A stretch of DNA of 62,920 bases, filler included, from Vannella sp. (Eukaryota): assembly GCA_023345925.1 (NCBI GenBank). It is 7 parts of 7 records of this genome, joined end to end, with 100 filler letters (N's around TTAATTAATTAA, not from the genome) between each part and the next. Parts side by side here need not be neighbours in the genome. Positions count along the whole stretch, not along the records: positions 59,701 to 62,920 come from JAJQQN010000853.1; 6 more parts are not named here. One strand, written 5' to 3'. The notes under the pieces were generated by a model. That model saw only the letters and a list, made by a program, of their open reading frames with translations. It ran no database searches and had not been told where the DNA came from. Below, in pieces: positions 61,715 to 62,920 of the stretch. Each line of letters starts with the position of its first letter. Within the stretch, counting starts at the first letter, position 1. The position numbers and the translations under genes are program-made.

Positions 61715-62546
61715 ATGTTGTTGTGGTTGTATGCAGCTCCGTGGCTGCACGAGATGGTGGGATGGGGTATGGTAGGCCTCTCAGTGATCACCTTTGTGGC
61801 ATGTATGTTCATTACGGCGCCATACGGGCGTCACACTTCGGGGTCTCAACCAAAGCATTGGGGACCGCGAATGCCCGCCAAAGCAGCGTGGGTGTTGATG
61901 GAGGCTCCTTCGCCTCTCCTAGTAGCCTCCATCTTCTACTTCTCTCCTCATCCAGCGTCTCTGACTCAGTATATCCTGTTAGGGCTCTTCCTGCTTCACT
62001 ACATCAACCGGTGGGTGGTCCCCGCTCGCCGCTTCCTTTGATCTAACGCTCAAACATAGAACGTTCATCTTCCCCTTCCGAATGAGGAACTCCACTCCCA
62101 TGTACGTCAGCATCATGCTGCAAGCGTTTGTATTCAACCTGTTCAACGGGTACCTTCAAGGGATGCAGCTCGTCTTGGGCTCGTATAGTACTTGGGCATG
62201 TCTTGAATGGTCCTTCATGTGCGGTGTGATCATCTTCCTGTCTGGCTGGGCCATTAACTACCACTCGGACGATGTTCTGCGCAACCTTCGCAAACCAGGC
62301 GACACGGGCTACCACATCCCCTATGGAGGCGCCTTCCGATGGGTAACAGCTGCCAACTACTTTGGCGAGATCCTGGAGTGGAGTGGATGGGCCCTAGCAA
62401 CGTTCTCCTTAGCGGGGACGTCCTTCGCACTCTTCACGTTCGCAAACATTGGTCCTCGTGCTCGTTCCCATCACCAGTGGTGTTTAAACAAGTTCGGTAG
62501 TGCCTATCCAAAGAACCGTACAGCTGTTATCCCGTTCCTGTGGTAG
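61715..62546 (+). CDS. Steroid 5-alpha reductase (SRD5A/DET2 family; 2 exons)
   Basis: APYGRH, AWVLMEAPS, HYINR, INYHSDDVLRNLRKPGDTGYHIPYGG, NYFGEILEWSG, PRARSHHQW, IPFLW. Confidence 0.93.
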
Positions 62547-62715
62547 GATATGACGAATTGACTTTCATGTGATCGGACCGTCACATAAACGAAGTGAATC
62601 ACGGAAAAGCCCATTTTGATGATGGAGGTCATAAAGACACCGGACCTCTTCCGACAACCTTCCCACACAGCAGACTTCTGGCTCACTGGCCCAGATAAGA
62701 CTACTGCATGAAGTT

Positions 62716-62916
62716 TCACTCCTTGGTGAAGTGCTCCTCGATACCTCTCAGTTCCCTCCGCAAGAGCGAATAGTGCATTCCCCGACGTTCTATGAAGACC
62801 CTGTTTCTTTCCTCGCAGCTGATGAGAGCAGCGACAATCTCCGAAAGGACAAGTTGCAAGATCCTCCGATTAGGGTGCTGTTTGACTATAGGGTGCAGGT
62901 TCTGGGATTCTCCAGG
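62716..62916 (-). CDS. Possible last exon of a gene extending beyond the window
   Basis: After an AG, an open frame PGESQNLHPIVKQHPNRRILQLVLSEIVAALISCEERN...HFTKE*; no recognisable domain. Confidence 0.3.
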   Translation of the reverse strand, partial: PGESQNLHPIVKQHPNRRILQLVLSEIVAALISCEERNRVFIERRGMHYSLLRRELRGIEEHFTKE

Positions 62917-62920
62917 CTAT

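Overview
Eukaryotic protist DNA, not prokaryotic. It is about 50% GC, gene-dense, and has short (~40-80 nt) spliceosomal introns. Gene content suggests an amoebozoan-like microbial eukaryote (inference). The window is seven contigs joined by six identical artificial 100-nt spacers (N44-TTAATTAATTAA-N44), so adjacency across spacers is meaningless. About 25 genes were reconstructed by hand-splicing: Rac, Rab1-like and divergent Ras GTPases, RCC1-RasGEF, kinesin-8, RING protein, RGS/CNB/GRAM/PH/RhoGAP protein, DEX1, RAE1, Rim4-like RRM protein, Amt, IDE, Cdt1-C-like, 4x cysteine dioxygenase, LRR receptor, SLC12A9, RAD18, RhoGAP-SH3, DNA-PKcs, BMT5-like and steroid 5-alpha reductase. Most notable: (1) an ankyrin gene invisible to the ORF track, in which the repeats are joined by 12-nt microexons alternating with 87-90-nt exons; (2) an LRR gene with one repeat per exon and recently duplicated, partly diversified exon-intron cassettes; (3) a four-domain cysteine dioxygenase; (4) a Rim4-like RNA-binding protein; (5) an unrecognised paralog family with an adjacent pseudogene; (6) a 21-bp perfect inverted repeat. 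All gene models are by eye, without database or transcript evidence.
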